In this document: piece by piece, positions 10,675 through 21,300 of the stretch | Layout: each line of letters begins with the position of its first letter | How positions within the stretch are numbered: the first letter of the stretch is position 1 | Assembly (NCBI GenBank): GCA_017499595.2 | Contig: CM039004.1 | Span: 1 to 64,000 of the forward strand | Direction of reading: 5' to 3' | DNA: 64,000 nt | Source: Psilocybe cubensis | Taxonomy: Eukaryota | Program-made: the position numbers and the translations under genes | The notes under the pieces: generated by a model | Told to the model about the DNA's origin: nothing | Database searches by the model: none | What the model saw: the letters and a program-made list of their open reading frames with translations, nothing else

Positions 10675-11378
10675 AAAGAATACTAGCGCGTAAGGCGTAA
10701 AGCATTAGAAAAAAACCCTAACCGTAAGTATTCCTTGCTATAAAGTAACAAACATCTACTTACAAGCAACACTTTGGATTAAATAGCTAAACCTAAACCC
10801 TAAACCCTAAACCCTAAACCCTAACCTAACCCCAACCCTAAGCTAACTAAGTCTAACCTTAGTAGGAAGTAAGGTAGGCGTGTGAACTTCCGAACGGCAT
10901 GTGATTGTGAAGGGCCGGATCTAATTTAGTACATGGGAAAAGTTACTTAGTACTTCGGGAAAAGTTCCTTAGTACCGTGGAAACATTTTTGATGGACCGG
11001 ATCATGAACTGTCCAATTAAGATTCACAACAATCAATCATTCTATTGTTTGATTGTTAGGTAAGGACCCAGGTAAGCTATTTATACTCTAGACATGTGAA
11101 TATTCCCATGTCGCGGTTACTCGGAGCCACGTAACCAGAGTAATCTATATCCATGTGATTCACATCACAGTCAATAACCCACGATGTCAAAGAACAAAAG
11201 TGTTGGATCCACTTTTGACAGGTTACCATGTGCCACATCGACCCGTGACACTCTGTTCATCAGAGACCTGTCTAACTTGACAATAAACATTGACAGATTT
11301 GTGATAGTCGGTAAGATACATGACAGCTGCGCAGCATCACTTCACGCGCTGTCATCGGATGTCTAGAACATTCCTTCT

Positions 11379-11453
11379 AAGAATAGCCACTGAAGAGTCT
11401 ATAAAGACGAAAGGGCTGGTTGTTGGGATCCCCCAACAGCCCTCTGGCCTTCT
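11379..11453 (+). ncRNA. Hammerhead ribozyme (beta), cleavage after C11444
   Basis: Same core as 6961-7035. Confidence 0.9.
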
Positions 11454-12106
11454 TTCTATTTCAAACTCACAGTTTAAACTAGTCGCTCGCACCTCGCTTC
11501 GCTCGGTGCTCGCTCCCCCCCTAAACCCTAAACCCTAAACCCTAAACCCTAAGCCCTAACCTAACCCCAACCCTAAGCTAACTAAGTCTAACCTTAGTAG
11601 GAAGTAAGGTAGGCGTGTGAACTTCCGAAAGGCATGTGATTGTGAAGGGCCGGATCTAATTTAGTACATGGGAAAAGTTACTTAGTACCTCGGGAAAAGT
11701 TCCTTAGTACCGTGGAAACATTTTTGATGGACCGGATCATGAACTGTCCAATTAAGATTCACAACAATCAATCAATTGATTGTTAGGTAAGGACCCAGGT
11801 AAGCTATTTATACTCTTGACATGAGAATATTCCCATGTCACGGTTACTCGGAGCCACGTAACCAGAGTATTTTATATCCATGTGATTCACATCACAGTCA
11901 ATAACCCACGATGTCAAAGAACAAAAGTGTTGGATCCACTTTTGACAGGTTACCATGTGCCACATCGACCCGTGACACTCTGTTCATCAGAGATCTGTCT
12001 AACTTGACAATAAACATTGACAGATTTGTGATAGTCGGTAAGATACATGACAGCTGCGCAGCATCACTTCACGCGCTGTCATCGGATGTTCCAGAACATT
12101 CCTTCT

Positions 12107-12182
12107 AAGAATAGCCACTGAAGAGTCTATAAAGACGAAAGGGCTGGCTGCTGATAACAATCAACAGCCCTCTGGCCTTCTT
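12107..12182 (+). ncRNA. Hammerhead ribozyme (alpha), cleavage after C12172
   Basis: Same core as 2750-2825. Confidence 0.9.
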
Positions 12183-12283
12183 TCCATTTAACTCACAGTT
12201 TAAACAAGTCGCTCGCACCTCGCTTCGCTCGGTGCTCGCTCCCCCCCTAAACCCAACGACTTTGCTATTACCCAACAGCTACT

Positions 12284-15200
12284 ATGTCTTCCACTTACTC
12301 TGCTGCCTTCTCTCGTGCCATGTCCCCCACCCTGGACGCACTCACCCAGGCTGTCGTCAACAACACAGTTTTTGGCGTCAACGACGAAGCTGGCCGCCAC
12401 AACGCCCTCATCGACGAGTTGGCCACTGTCGTCATCAAGAAAATAGCTGAGTGCCGCTCCATTGACCAGATTGTAGACTGCGTCTTTTTTGACTATCGTG
12501 CTGCCCTTAGGGAGTTTCTCCTCAACCTCGCATCGTGGTGCGATAAGAGGGAAACAGTCAAGGCTAGCCTCGAGCGCCTTGAACTTGCCGTTAGCGCAGG
12601 CAACACCCCCAATCGCCTTCGGGTGAAGGCTCCCGAGTTCCAACTTACGAAGGAATTCGCGGATGCCGGGTCAGCGGAAGCTCTTCGAGTTTCCTCTACG
12701 TTCTCCACCGCTCGTGATGTCTTCCAAAAGGCAATCAACGACGGCGCCATTCAGGCGAAAAAGGACGAACTGGCCTTTTGGGATGATAAATGCGCACTCA
12801 ATAACTGTTATGAAGCTGCTGCCCTCATCGTTAAGACAACTTACGATGATCGCAAATCCAGCTATAAGCTCCCCGTTTTCTCTACAGACAACAAGGGAGT
12901 TCGTCGAATAACAGATTGGGTAGTGTCACCGCAGAAGAAGGCTGAATGCAGCGCATTGCAAACCATTTTGCCAGCCATCTTCTCTCATATCAAACAGATT
13001 GTCAACTTGCGCCACCGCGCTTTGGCAATCAAGATTGAGAAAAAGCGGTCGACTGCGGCAACAGCCGATGTCGAGATGGCCGATGCGACCAAACCAGGTC
13101 CATCGATTCAATCCCTTATTGATAAGGGCTTGAATGCACGTCTCAAGAAGCTCAACCTTGGATCTGTGGGCAAGAAGGCAAGTTCTCGTAACCCTTCACC
13201 CATAATTCTGGATACTAATTACTATTCTAATTACCCAGACTTTGTCTGGCCAGAATTCGTCCAAGGCTCCTCAACCTCAGGCCAAGAAAGCTGGCCCTTC
13301 GAAATTCAAACCCTCGTCGACGCCTTCGCAGAAGAAGCCCCAAACCAAGGCTTCCAACAAGGTCGACAACAAGAAGAAAGGGAAGGGGAGAGCTCCCGTC
13401 AAGAACGATCCAAAGGGAAAGGGAAAGGCAAGAGCCTAGACGCGCGGTCTAATGTAGTACCTTTTACGTCGGTAAGACCCGCCTTCCCCAACTCTATTCC
13501 TGACGATATACTCACCATGACTAAAACAGACGCAGTTTCTTTTGTACACTTACATACGCCGATCTCATTCTTGTTGGCTGGCCAGTATCGTAGTAGTGTA
13601 CACTGTAGTCCTGGTGTGGTGGTCCCTGTAGATATAGCAAATGATTTGTCACTCGGACTCAATTATATGTTTTTTACTCTGCCTTCTCAAAGTCTGATCA
13701 TGCAAGCATGGAATGATTTTCAACGAAGAATAAGATGGCGTATCTATTTTTTGTTTAAGGAAGGCATGAACAAACCTTTTGATCCAGATTACGGAGTAAG
13801 CTCAAAAAAGAAAGAGAAACCTCCAGTATTACCGCAATACATGGAACTTGGCCTTTCGATGGGACGTCGGTACGTGCAACGCACGATCGCAAGTATCCCG
13901 GAAGAAGCCCTTACGGAGATGCGAAAGCACGCGTTCTCTCCTAAAAGGGACAAGATCCGTAAGTTTCTTATCGATAACAACTATGTTATTACGATGACAG
14001 ATAAGAATCTTGGCCTCGCGGTGTCTGAACGCGACTGGATATTAAGGAATGAGCTCAATCTTCTTGAAGATGAACGTAACTATGAAGAGTTAGAATTCGA
14101 AGTTGCGCAAGAAGTAATGAAGAGCAAAATGATCCAGATGCAAACTCTTGCACGTACCGTCGAAGATGAACATCTGTTTCTATTTGAACTTGGGTTGTCT
14201 CGATTCTTTCTATCGAATGTACCGGAAGACGGATCATCGTTCAAGTATCCTCAATTTCATGGTATACCTAAAATCCACAAAAAACCTACTGGATTTAGAC
14301 CCATAATTCCGTGTCACTCTGTAGTATTTAATCCTGCAGCCAAGTTTGTATCAAAAGAGCTTAAGCCGATTATTAAATCGACTCCTTCAATCATTCACGG
14401 AACGAAGGATCTCTTTACGAGATTAAGCCAATTGCGTATAGACCCCAAACGACAATGGTATTTTGTCACCGGGGATGTAGTTGCTTTCTATCCCAATATT
14501 CCGTTGGACTTGTGCATCGAAATCGTTTGTAATATGTACGAGGAATGGTTACTCAACGCTTCGGAAGAAAACACTGCATTAGCCCATATTAATCCAAATT
14601 CGTTAGAGAATAACTTGGTTAAATTGGGCATCTTTAAACGTGCTATCGAGATTGGCAATACGCAATTGATAACACAACATGGGTCTAGATATTTTAGACA
14701 AAAAAATGGCCTCGCAATGGGCGTCGCGGATTCTCCGGACCTTGCTAACCTCTTTGGAGCCCATTTTGAAATAAAGTCAAAAATCTTAGACCACCCAAAC
14801 GTGGCCTTCTATGGAAGGTACATCGACGATTGTTTCGCAATTGTTTACGCCGAGTCCGAAGCACTTGCACTTAATCTTATTAAAGAAACAATAAAGTTCG
14901 ATGGTTGTGTTATCGAATGGGCTGTTTCCTCGTCGGGATGTCAATTTCTCGATGCTTTCATATTCAAGGAGTCTGGAAAACTTCATTGGAAGCCATTTGT
15001 CAAGACAGGAAACAACCGAGAACGAGTTCCATGGGTATCACATCATCCTTTGGACGTCAAACGTGGCGTCTACATTGGAGAGTTATCCAGGTTAGCCGTG
15101 CTATGTAGTACCAAGGAAATCTACATCGGAGCAATTAGAGACCTTAACGCTCTCTATTTGATGCGCGGTTATCCCGAAAACCTAGTCATGTCTTGGTGTA

Positions 15201-15814
15201 AGAAGAATATACAAGAACGTTGGGAAAAGCGATTCGCTTTACGAGTCGCAGAGCACGACGAATCCATTCTTGTACTTAAAACCAGATTTGATCAGGTATG
15301 GAATTGGTTTTCAGCTGCTGAACTTGGAAAAACTGTTACCGAGTACTGGTCGGCATGGTATGAACATGCCGAGAAAGGTTTGTATAGTGCAGACTCGTCC
15401 AGACCCCTTATCAAACCAGATCCAAATTACGTTCACGACCTCGATGATGTTCGCCCGGAGCTGTTCACACAGATCCTCGTGGACGGAGAAACTGAGTTCG
15501 TACCGGATTTGAGGAAGATAGGACTACTCGGAAGTCGTTGGATAGTATCGCGAAAACGCAATACTAATCTTTTCGACCTTACAAATGTGTGGAAGAAAAC
15601 AGTCTTTCGTAAACTGGATGAAGACATCGCTGAAAAAGGTGGTGTTGTTCCCGAAACTCAAAACGTTAATGAAACTTATCATTCTGCTTTAGTTGAAGCT
15701 GCTGAACAGATAAGTATCGAAAGTGATAACGAGATAATACTTCATAGACGTTCAATCTCACAAGAGAGGGAACATCCAGAATTCGGCAGAATATCCAAAT
15801 CTTACAACCGATGA
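12284..15814 (+). CDS. PLE ORF1-RT polyprotein (1176 aa)
   Basis: Intact ORF, paralog of 7141-10674. Confidence 0.9.
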   Translation: MSSTYSAAFSRAMSPTLDALTQAVVNNTVFGVNDEAGRHNALIDELATVVIKKIAECRSIDQIVDCVFFDYRAALREFLLNLASWCDKRETVKASLERLELAVSAGNTPNRLRVKAPEFQLTKEFADAGSAEALRVSSTFSTARDVFQKAINDGAIQAKKDELAFWDDKCALNNCYEAAALIVKTTYDDRKSSYKLPVFSTDNKGVRRITDWVVSPQKKAECSALQTILPAIFSHIKQIVNLRHRALAIKIEKKRSTAATADVEMADATKPGPSIQSLIDKGLNARLKKLNLGSVGKKASSRNPSPIILDTNYYSNYPDFVWPEFVQGSSTSGQESWPFEIQTLVDAFAEEAPNQGFQQGRQQEEREGESSRQERSKGKGKGKSLDARSNVVPFTSVRPAFPNSIPDDILTMTKTDAVSFVHLHTPISFLLAGQYRSSVHCSPGVVVPVDIANDLSLGLNYMFFTLPSQSLIMQAWNDFQRRIRWRIYFLFKEGMNKPFDPDYGVSSKKKEKPPVLPQYMELGLSMGRRYVQRTIASIPEEALTEMRKHAFSPKRDKIRKFLIDNNYVITMTDKNLGLAVSERDWILRNELNLLEDERNYEELEFEVAQEVMKSKMIQMQTLARTVEDEHLFLFELGLSRFFLSNVPEDGSSFKYPQFHGIPKIHKKPTGFRPIIPCHSVVFNPAAKFVSKELKPIIKSTPSIIHGTKDLFTRLSQLRIDPKRQWYFVTGDVVAFYPNIPLDLCIEIVCNMYEEWLLNASEENTALAHINPNSLENNLVKLGIFKRAIEIGNTQLITQHGSRYFRQKNGLAMGVADSPDLANLFGAHFEIKSKILDHPNVAFYGRYIDDCFAIVYAESEALALNLIKETIKFDGCVIEWAVSSSGCQFLDAFIFKESGKLHWKPFVKTGNNRERVPWVSHHPLDVKRGVYIGELSRLAVLCSTKEIYIGAIRDLNALYLMRGYPENLVMSWCKKNIQERWEKRFALRVAEHDESILVLKTRFDQVWNWFSAAELGKTVTEYWSAWYEHAEKGLYSADSSRPLIKPDPNYVHDLDDVRPELFTQILVDGETEFVPDLRKIGLLGSRWIVSRKRNTNLFDLTNVWKKTVFRKLDEDIAEKGGVVPETQNVNETYHSALVEAAEQISIESDNEIILHRRSISQEREHPEFGRISKSYNR

Positions 15815-16517
15815 AAAGAATACTAGCGCGTAAGGCGTAAAGCATTAGAAAAAAACCCTAACCGTAAGTATTCCTTGCTACAAAGTAACAAACATCTACT
15901 TACAAGCAACACATTGGATTAAATAGCTAAACCTAAACCTAAACCCTAAACCCTAAACCCTAAGCCCTAACCTAACCCCAACCCTAAGCTAACTAAGTCT
16001 AACCTTAGTAGGAAGTAAGGTAGGCGTGTGAACTTCCGAAAGGCATGTGATTGTGAAGGGCCGGATCTAATTTAGTACATGGGAAAAGTTACTTAGTACC
16101 TCGGGAAAAGTTCCTTAGTACCGTGGAAACATTTTTGATGGACCGGATCATGAACTGTCCAATTAAGATTCACAACAATCAATCAATTGATTGTTAGGTA
16201 AGGACCCAGGTAAGCTATTTATACTCTTGACATGAGAATATTCCCATGTCACGGTTACTCGGAGCCACGTAACCAGAGTATTTTATATCCATGTGATTCA
16301 CATCACAGTCAATAACCCACGATGTCAAAGAACAAAAGTGTTGGATCCACTTTTGACAGGTTACCATGTGCCACATCGACCCGTGACACTCTGTTCATCA
16401 GAGATCTGTCTAACTTGACAATAAACATTGACAGATTTGTGATAGTCGGTAAGATACATGACAGCTGCGCAGCATCACTTCACGCGCTGTCATCGGATGT
16501 TCCAGAACATTCCTTCT

Positions 16518-16593
16518 AAGAATAGCCACTGAAGAGTCTATAAAGACGAAAGGGCTGGCTGCTGATAACAATCAACAGCCCTCTGGCCTTCTT
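16518..16593 (+). ncRNA. Hammerhead ribozyme (alpha), cleavage after C16583
   Basis: Same core as 2750-2825. Confidence 0.9.
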
Positions 16594-17257
16594 TCCATTT
16601 AACTCACAGTTTAAACAAGTCGCTCGCACCTCGCTTCGCTCGGTGCTCGCTCCCCCCCTAAACCCTAAAACCTAAACCCTAAACCCTAAACCCTAAACCC
16701 TAACCTAACCCCAACCCTAAGCTAACTAAGTCTAACCTTAGTAGGAAGTAAGGTAGGCGTGTGAACTTCCGAACGGCATGTGATTGTGAAGGGCCGGATC
16801 TAATTTAGTACATGGGAAAAGTTACTTAGTACTTCGGGAAAAGTTCCTTAGTACCGTGGAAACATTTTTGATGGACCGGATCATGAACTGTCCAATTAAG
16901 ATTCACAACAATCAATCATTCTATTGTTTGATTGTTAGGTAAGGACCCAGGTAAGTTATTTATACTCTAGACATGTGAATATTCCCATGTCGCGGTTACT
17001 CGGAGCCACGTAACCAGAGTAATCTATATCCATGTGATTCACATCACAGTCAATAACCCACGATGTCAAAGAACAAAAGTGTTGGATCCACTTTTGACAG
17101 GTTACCATGTGCCACATCGACCCGTGACACTCTGTTCATCAGAGACCTGTCTAACTTGACAATAAACATTGACAGATTTGTGATAGTCGGTAAGATACAT
17201 GACAGCTGCGCAGCATCACTTCACGCGCTGTCATCGGATGTCTAGAACATTCCTTCT

Positions 17258-18262
17258 AAGAATAGCCACTGAAGAGTCTATAAAGACGAAAGGGCTGGTT
17301 GTTGGGATCCCCCAACAGCCCTCAAGTACTCGTCCTCTCCCAAACTCCTGCCGCTTGTGCCTTCCCAACTCATCCGGGAGCCCTTTCGTCACTGATCTTG
17401 CCCTTGACTCGGGGACGTTTCATCGACATGTTGGCTGCCTCACGGCAAGCGGGGCCCTTTTTCTTTCACTCGCTCACGCCTTCTATGTTGGGTTACGGAG
17501 GTCATACAAACTCGTTTTAGTCTAGCTGCGGGGATATCCAGCTATGATGACTTTGTAATTCGAGGGCGCGCAGTTCTTCAATGGGTATGGACATCAGGTG
17601 AGAGTACACTGGGGGTTGTCAGGACCAGCTCTGCTGGATACGCTCCTGGCAAGTCGGTTGCAGCCGGCGACACTACCGAATTGCTGGGACGTCCTAAAGC
17701 TTGTGGGTACCGCCGACCGCTGGAAACAGCCTAGGCACCGGTGGCGACCGGGTATGGTAACAATCCCCAAGATTCAGCGAAAGCTGGAATGGATAATCAG
17801 CAGCGAATCCGTAACGGTCACGCCGACGGAAGCGTTCAACGACTAGGTGGTAGTGGGGTCTTCGGATCTTAAGATATAGTCTTGGGAGTGGGGAAACCCA
17901 CATCTGGTATCTAAACCGCGCCTCGCTGCTTACGAGGACGGCCCGAAGTCCAGAACCGCTTAAAACGCGGGTGACCCGGCCTCCCCTTAGTAAAGGGAGT
18001 TAACACAAGGATGGACAAATAGTTCGTCGCCGGAAATGAACCTGTGGCTGTAATGGCTGATGTGGCGCCCCTTGGTAAAGGGCTTAAAGGGTATTAGCCT
18101 GCCATGTCCAATGGCATGAGAGTGTCCCTTGGTAAAGGACTTAATAGGCAATAGCCTGCTCTTTTGTCATGAGCGGTATGTAGTGATCGTTTGCCTGTAC
18201 GGTAGCGCCCATTGCTTGCACTGGTCCACGCCCGTAAAAAATCACGAGCCGCTGGCTACTTT
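17258..18262 (+). ncRNA. Hammerhead ribozyme (beta) split by a group I intron between the U and C of its cleavage triplet
   Basis: 5' part CTGAAGA...GAAAGGGCTG...CAGCCCT ends at 17322; 3' part CTGGCTACTTTCC resumes at 18252; joining them reproduces 22604-22680. Confidence 0.88.
17323..18251 (+). ncRNA. Group I self-splicing intron (IC1-like), no homing endonuclease ORF evident
   Basis: P GAATTGCTGGGA (17678-17689), Q AATCAGCAGC (17795-17804), R GTTCAACGACTAG (17834-17846), S TAAGATATAGTC (17870-17881); P3 CACTACC/GGTAGTG; P8 with UUCG loop; P9 GTGGGGAAACCCAC; 5' exon ends in U, intron ends in G; IGS GGGGTTGT (17612-17619) pairs with exon ACAGCCCT. Confidence 0.88.
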
Positions 18263-18362
18263 CCATTTAACTCCCAGTTTAAACTAGTCGCTCGCACCTC
18301 GCTTCGCTCGGTGCTCGCTCCCCCCCTAAACCCAACGACTTTGCTATTATCCATCAGCCACT

Positions 18363-21300
18363 ATGTCATCTCAATACTCTGCTGCTTTCTCTCGTGCCAT
18401 GTCCCCCACCCTGGACGCACTCACCCAGGCCGTCGTCAACAACACCGTTTTCGGCGTCAACGATGAAGCAGGCCGCCATAACGCTCTGATCGACGAGCTG
18501 GCCACTGTGGTCATCAAAAAAATAGCTGAGTGCCGCTCCGTTGACCAAGTCATAGACTGCGTCTTTTTTGACTATCGTGCTGCCCTTAGGGAGTTTCTCC
18601 TCAACCTCGCATCGTGGTGCGATAAGAGGGAAACAGTCAAGGCTAGCCTCGAGCGCCTTGAATCTGCCGTTAGCGCAGGCAACACGCCCAATCGCCTTAA
18701 GGTGAAGGCACCCGAGTTCCAACTTACGAAGGAATTCGCGAATGCCGGGTCAGCGGAGGCTCTTCGAGTCTCCACTACGTTCTCTACCGCTCGTGACGCC
18801 TTCCAAAAGGCAATTAACGACGGCGCCATTCAGGCGAAAAAGGACGAGCTGACTTTTTGGGATGATAAATGCGCACTCAACTCTTGCTACGAAGCTGCTG
18901 CCCTCATCGTTAAGGCAACTTACGATGATCGCAAATCCAGCTACAAGCTCCCTGTTTTCTCTACAGATAACAAGGGAGTTCGACGTATAGCAGAGTGGGT
19001 AGTGTCTCCGCAAAAGAAAGCCGAATGCAGTGCGCTGCAAACCATACTGCCGGCGATCTTTTCTCACATCAAACAAATTGTCAACATGCGCCACCGCGCT
19101 TTGGCAATTAAGATTGAGAAAAAGCGGACGACTGCGGCAACAGCCGATGTCGAGATGGCCGACGCGACCAAACCAGGTCCGTCGATTCAATCCCTTATTG
19201 ATAAGGGCTTGAATGCACGTCTCAAGAAGCTCAACCTTGGATCTGTGGGCAAGAAGGCAAGTTTTCGTAACCCTTCACCCATAATTCTGGATACTAATTA
19301 CTACTCTAATTACCCAGACTTTGTCTGGCCAGAATTCATCCAAGGCTCCTCAACCTCAGGCCAAGAAAGCTGGCCCTTCGAAACCCAAGTCGTCGTCGAC
19401 GCCTTCGCAACGCAAGCCTCAAACCAAGGCTTCCAACAAGGTCGACAACAAGAAGAAAGGGAAGGGGAGAGCTCCCGTCAAGAACGATCCAAAGGGAAAG
19501 GGAAAGGCAAGAGCCTAGATGCGCGGTCTAATGTAGTACCTTTTACGTCGGTGAGACCCGCCTTCCCCAACTCTATTCCTGACGATATACTCACCATGAC
19601 TAAAACAGACGCAGTTTCTTTCGTACACTTACATACTCCAATATCATTCTTGTTGGCTGGCCAGTATCGTAGTAGTGTACATTGTAGTCCTGGTGTTTCT
19701 GTCCCTGTTGATGTAGCAAACGATCTCTCTCTCGGACTTAATTATATGTTTTTCACTCTGCCTTCTAAAAGTCTGATCATGCAAGCATGGAATGATTTCC
19801 AACGAAGAATAAGATGGCGTATCTATTTTTTGTTTAAGGAAGGCATGAATAAACCTTTTGATCCAGATTATGGAGTAAGCTCAAAAAAGAAAGAGAAACC
19901 TCCTGTATTACCGCAATATATGGAACTTGGCCTTTCGATGGGACGTCGGTACGTGCAACGCACGATCGCAAGTATCCCGGAAGAAGCCCTTACGGAGATG
20001 CGAAAGCACGCGTTCTCTCCTAAAAGGGACAAGATCCGTAAGTTTCTTATCGATAACAACTATGTTATTACGATGACAGATAAGAATCTTGGCCTCGCGG
20101 TGTCTGAACGCGACTGGATATTAAGGAATGAGCTCAATCTTCTTGAAGATGAACGTAATTACGAAGAGTTAGAATTCGAAGTTGCGCAAGAAGTTATGAA
20201 GAGCAAAATGATTCAGATGCAAACGCTCGCACGTACTGTCGAAGATGAACATCTGTTTCTATTTGAACTTGGGTTGTCTCGATTCTTTCTATCGAATGTA
20301 CCGGAAGACGGATCATCGTTCAAGTATCCTCAATTTCATGGTATACCTAAAATCCACAAGAAACCTACTGGATTTAGGCCCATAATTCCGTGTCACTCTG
20401 TAGTATTTAATCCTGCAGCCAAGTTTGTATCAAAAGAGCTTAAGCCGATTATTAAATCGACTCCTTCAATCATACACGGAACGAAGGATCTCTTTACGAG
20501 ATTAAGCCAATTGCGTATAGACTCCAAAAGACAATGGTATTTTGTCACTGGAGATGTAGTTGCTTTCTATCCCAATATTCCGTTGGACTTGTGCATCGAA
20601 ATCGTTTGTAGTATGTACGAGGAATGGTTACTCAACGCTTCGGAAGAAAACACTGCATTAGCCCATATTAATCCAAATTCGTTAGAGAATAACTTGGTTA
20701 AATTGGGCATCTTTAAACGTGCTATCGAGATTGGCAATACGCAATTGATAACACAACATGGGTCTAGATATTTTAGACAAAAAAATGGCCTCGCAATGGG
20801 CGTCGCGGATTCTCCGGACCTTGCTAACCTCTTTGGAGCCCATTTTGAAATAAAGTCAAAAATCTTAGACCACCCAAACGTGGCCTTCTATGGAAGGTAC
20901 ATCGACGATTGTTTCGCAATTGTTTACGCCGAGTCCGAAGCACTTGCACTTAATCTTATTAAAGAAACAATAAAGTTCGATGGTTGTGTTATCGAATGGG
21001 CTGTTTCCTCGTCGGGATGTCAATTTCTCGATGCTTTCATATTCAAGGAGTCTGGAAAACTTCATTGGAAGCCTTTTGTCAAGACAGGAAACAACCGAGA
21101 ACGAGTTCCATGGGTATCACATCATCCTTTGGACGTCAAACGTGGCGTCTACATTGGAGAGTTATCCAGGTTAGCCGTGCTATGTAGTACCAAGGAAATC
21201 TACATCGGAGCAATTAGAGACCTTAACGCTCTCTATTTGATGCGCGGTTATCCCGAAAACCTAGTCATATCTTGGTGTAAGAAGAATATACAAGAACGTT

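Larger units (their letters stand above)
6400..11522 (+). mobile_element. PLE family A copy A3, full length (pLTR-ORF-pLTR, beta-type pLTRs)
   Basis: Upstream pLTR ~6400-7110, ORF 7141-10674, downstream pLTR ~10790-11522. Confidence 0.93.
11545..16660 (+). mobile_element. PLE family A copy A4, full length (alpha-type pLTRs)
   Basis: Upstream pLTR ~11545-12253, ORF 12284-15814, downstream pLTR ~15930-16660. Confidence 0.93.

Noticed and set aside
17199-17903. Short ORFs in the insert as a homing endonuclease
   Set aside because: Lengths of 69-108 aa, no LAGLIDADG, GIY-YIG, HNH or His-Cys motif, and they overlap the ribozyme core or exon
17323-18251. Insert as rDNA, or as a foreign RNA ligated into the cleaved hammerhead
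   Set aside because: No rRNA exon sequence flanks it; the IGS-exon pairing and the U|...G| boundaries fit a genuine group I insertion better, although the 1-nt junction ambiguity means ligation is not formally excluded
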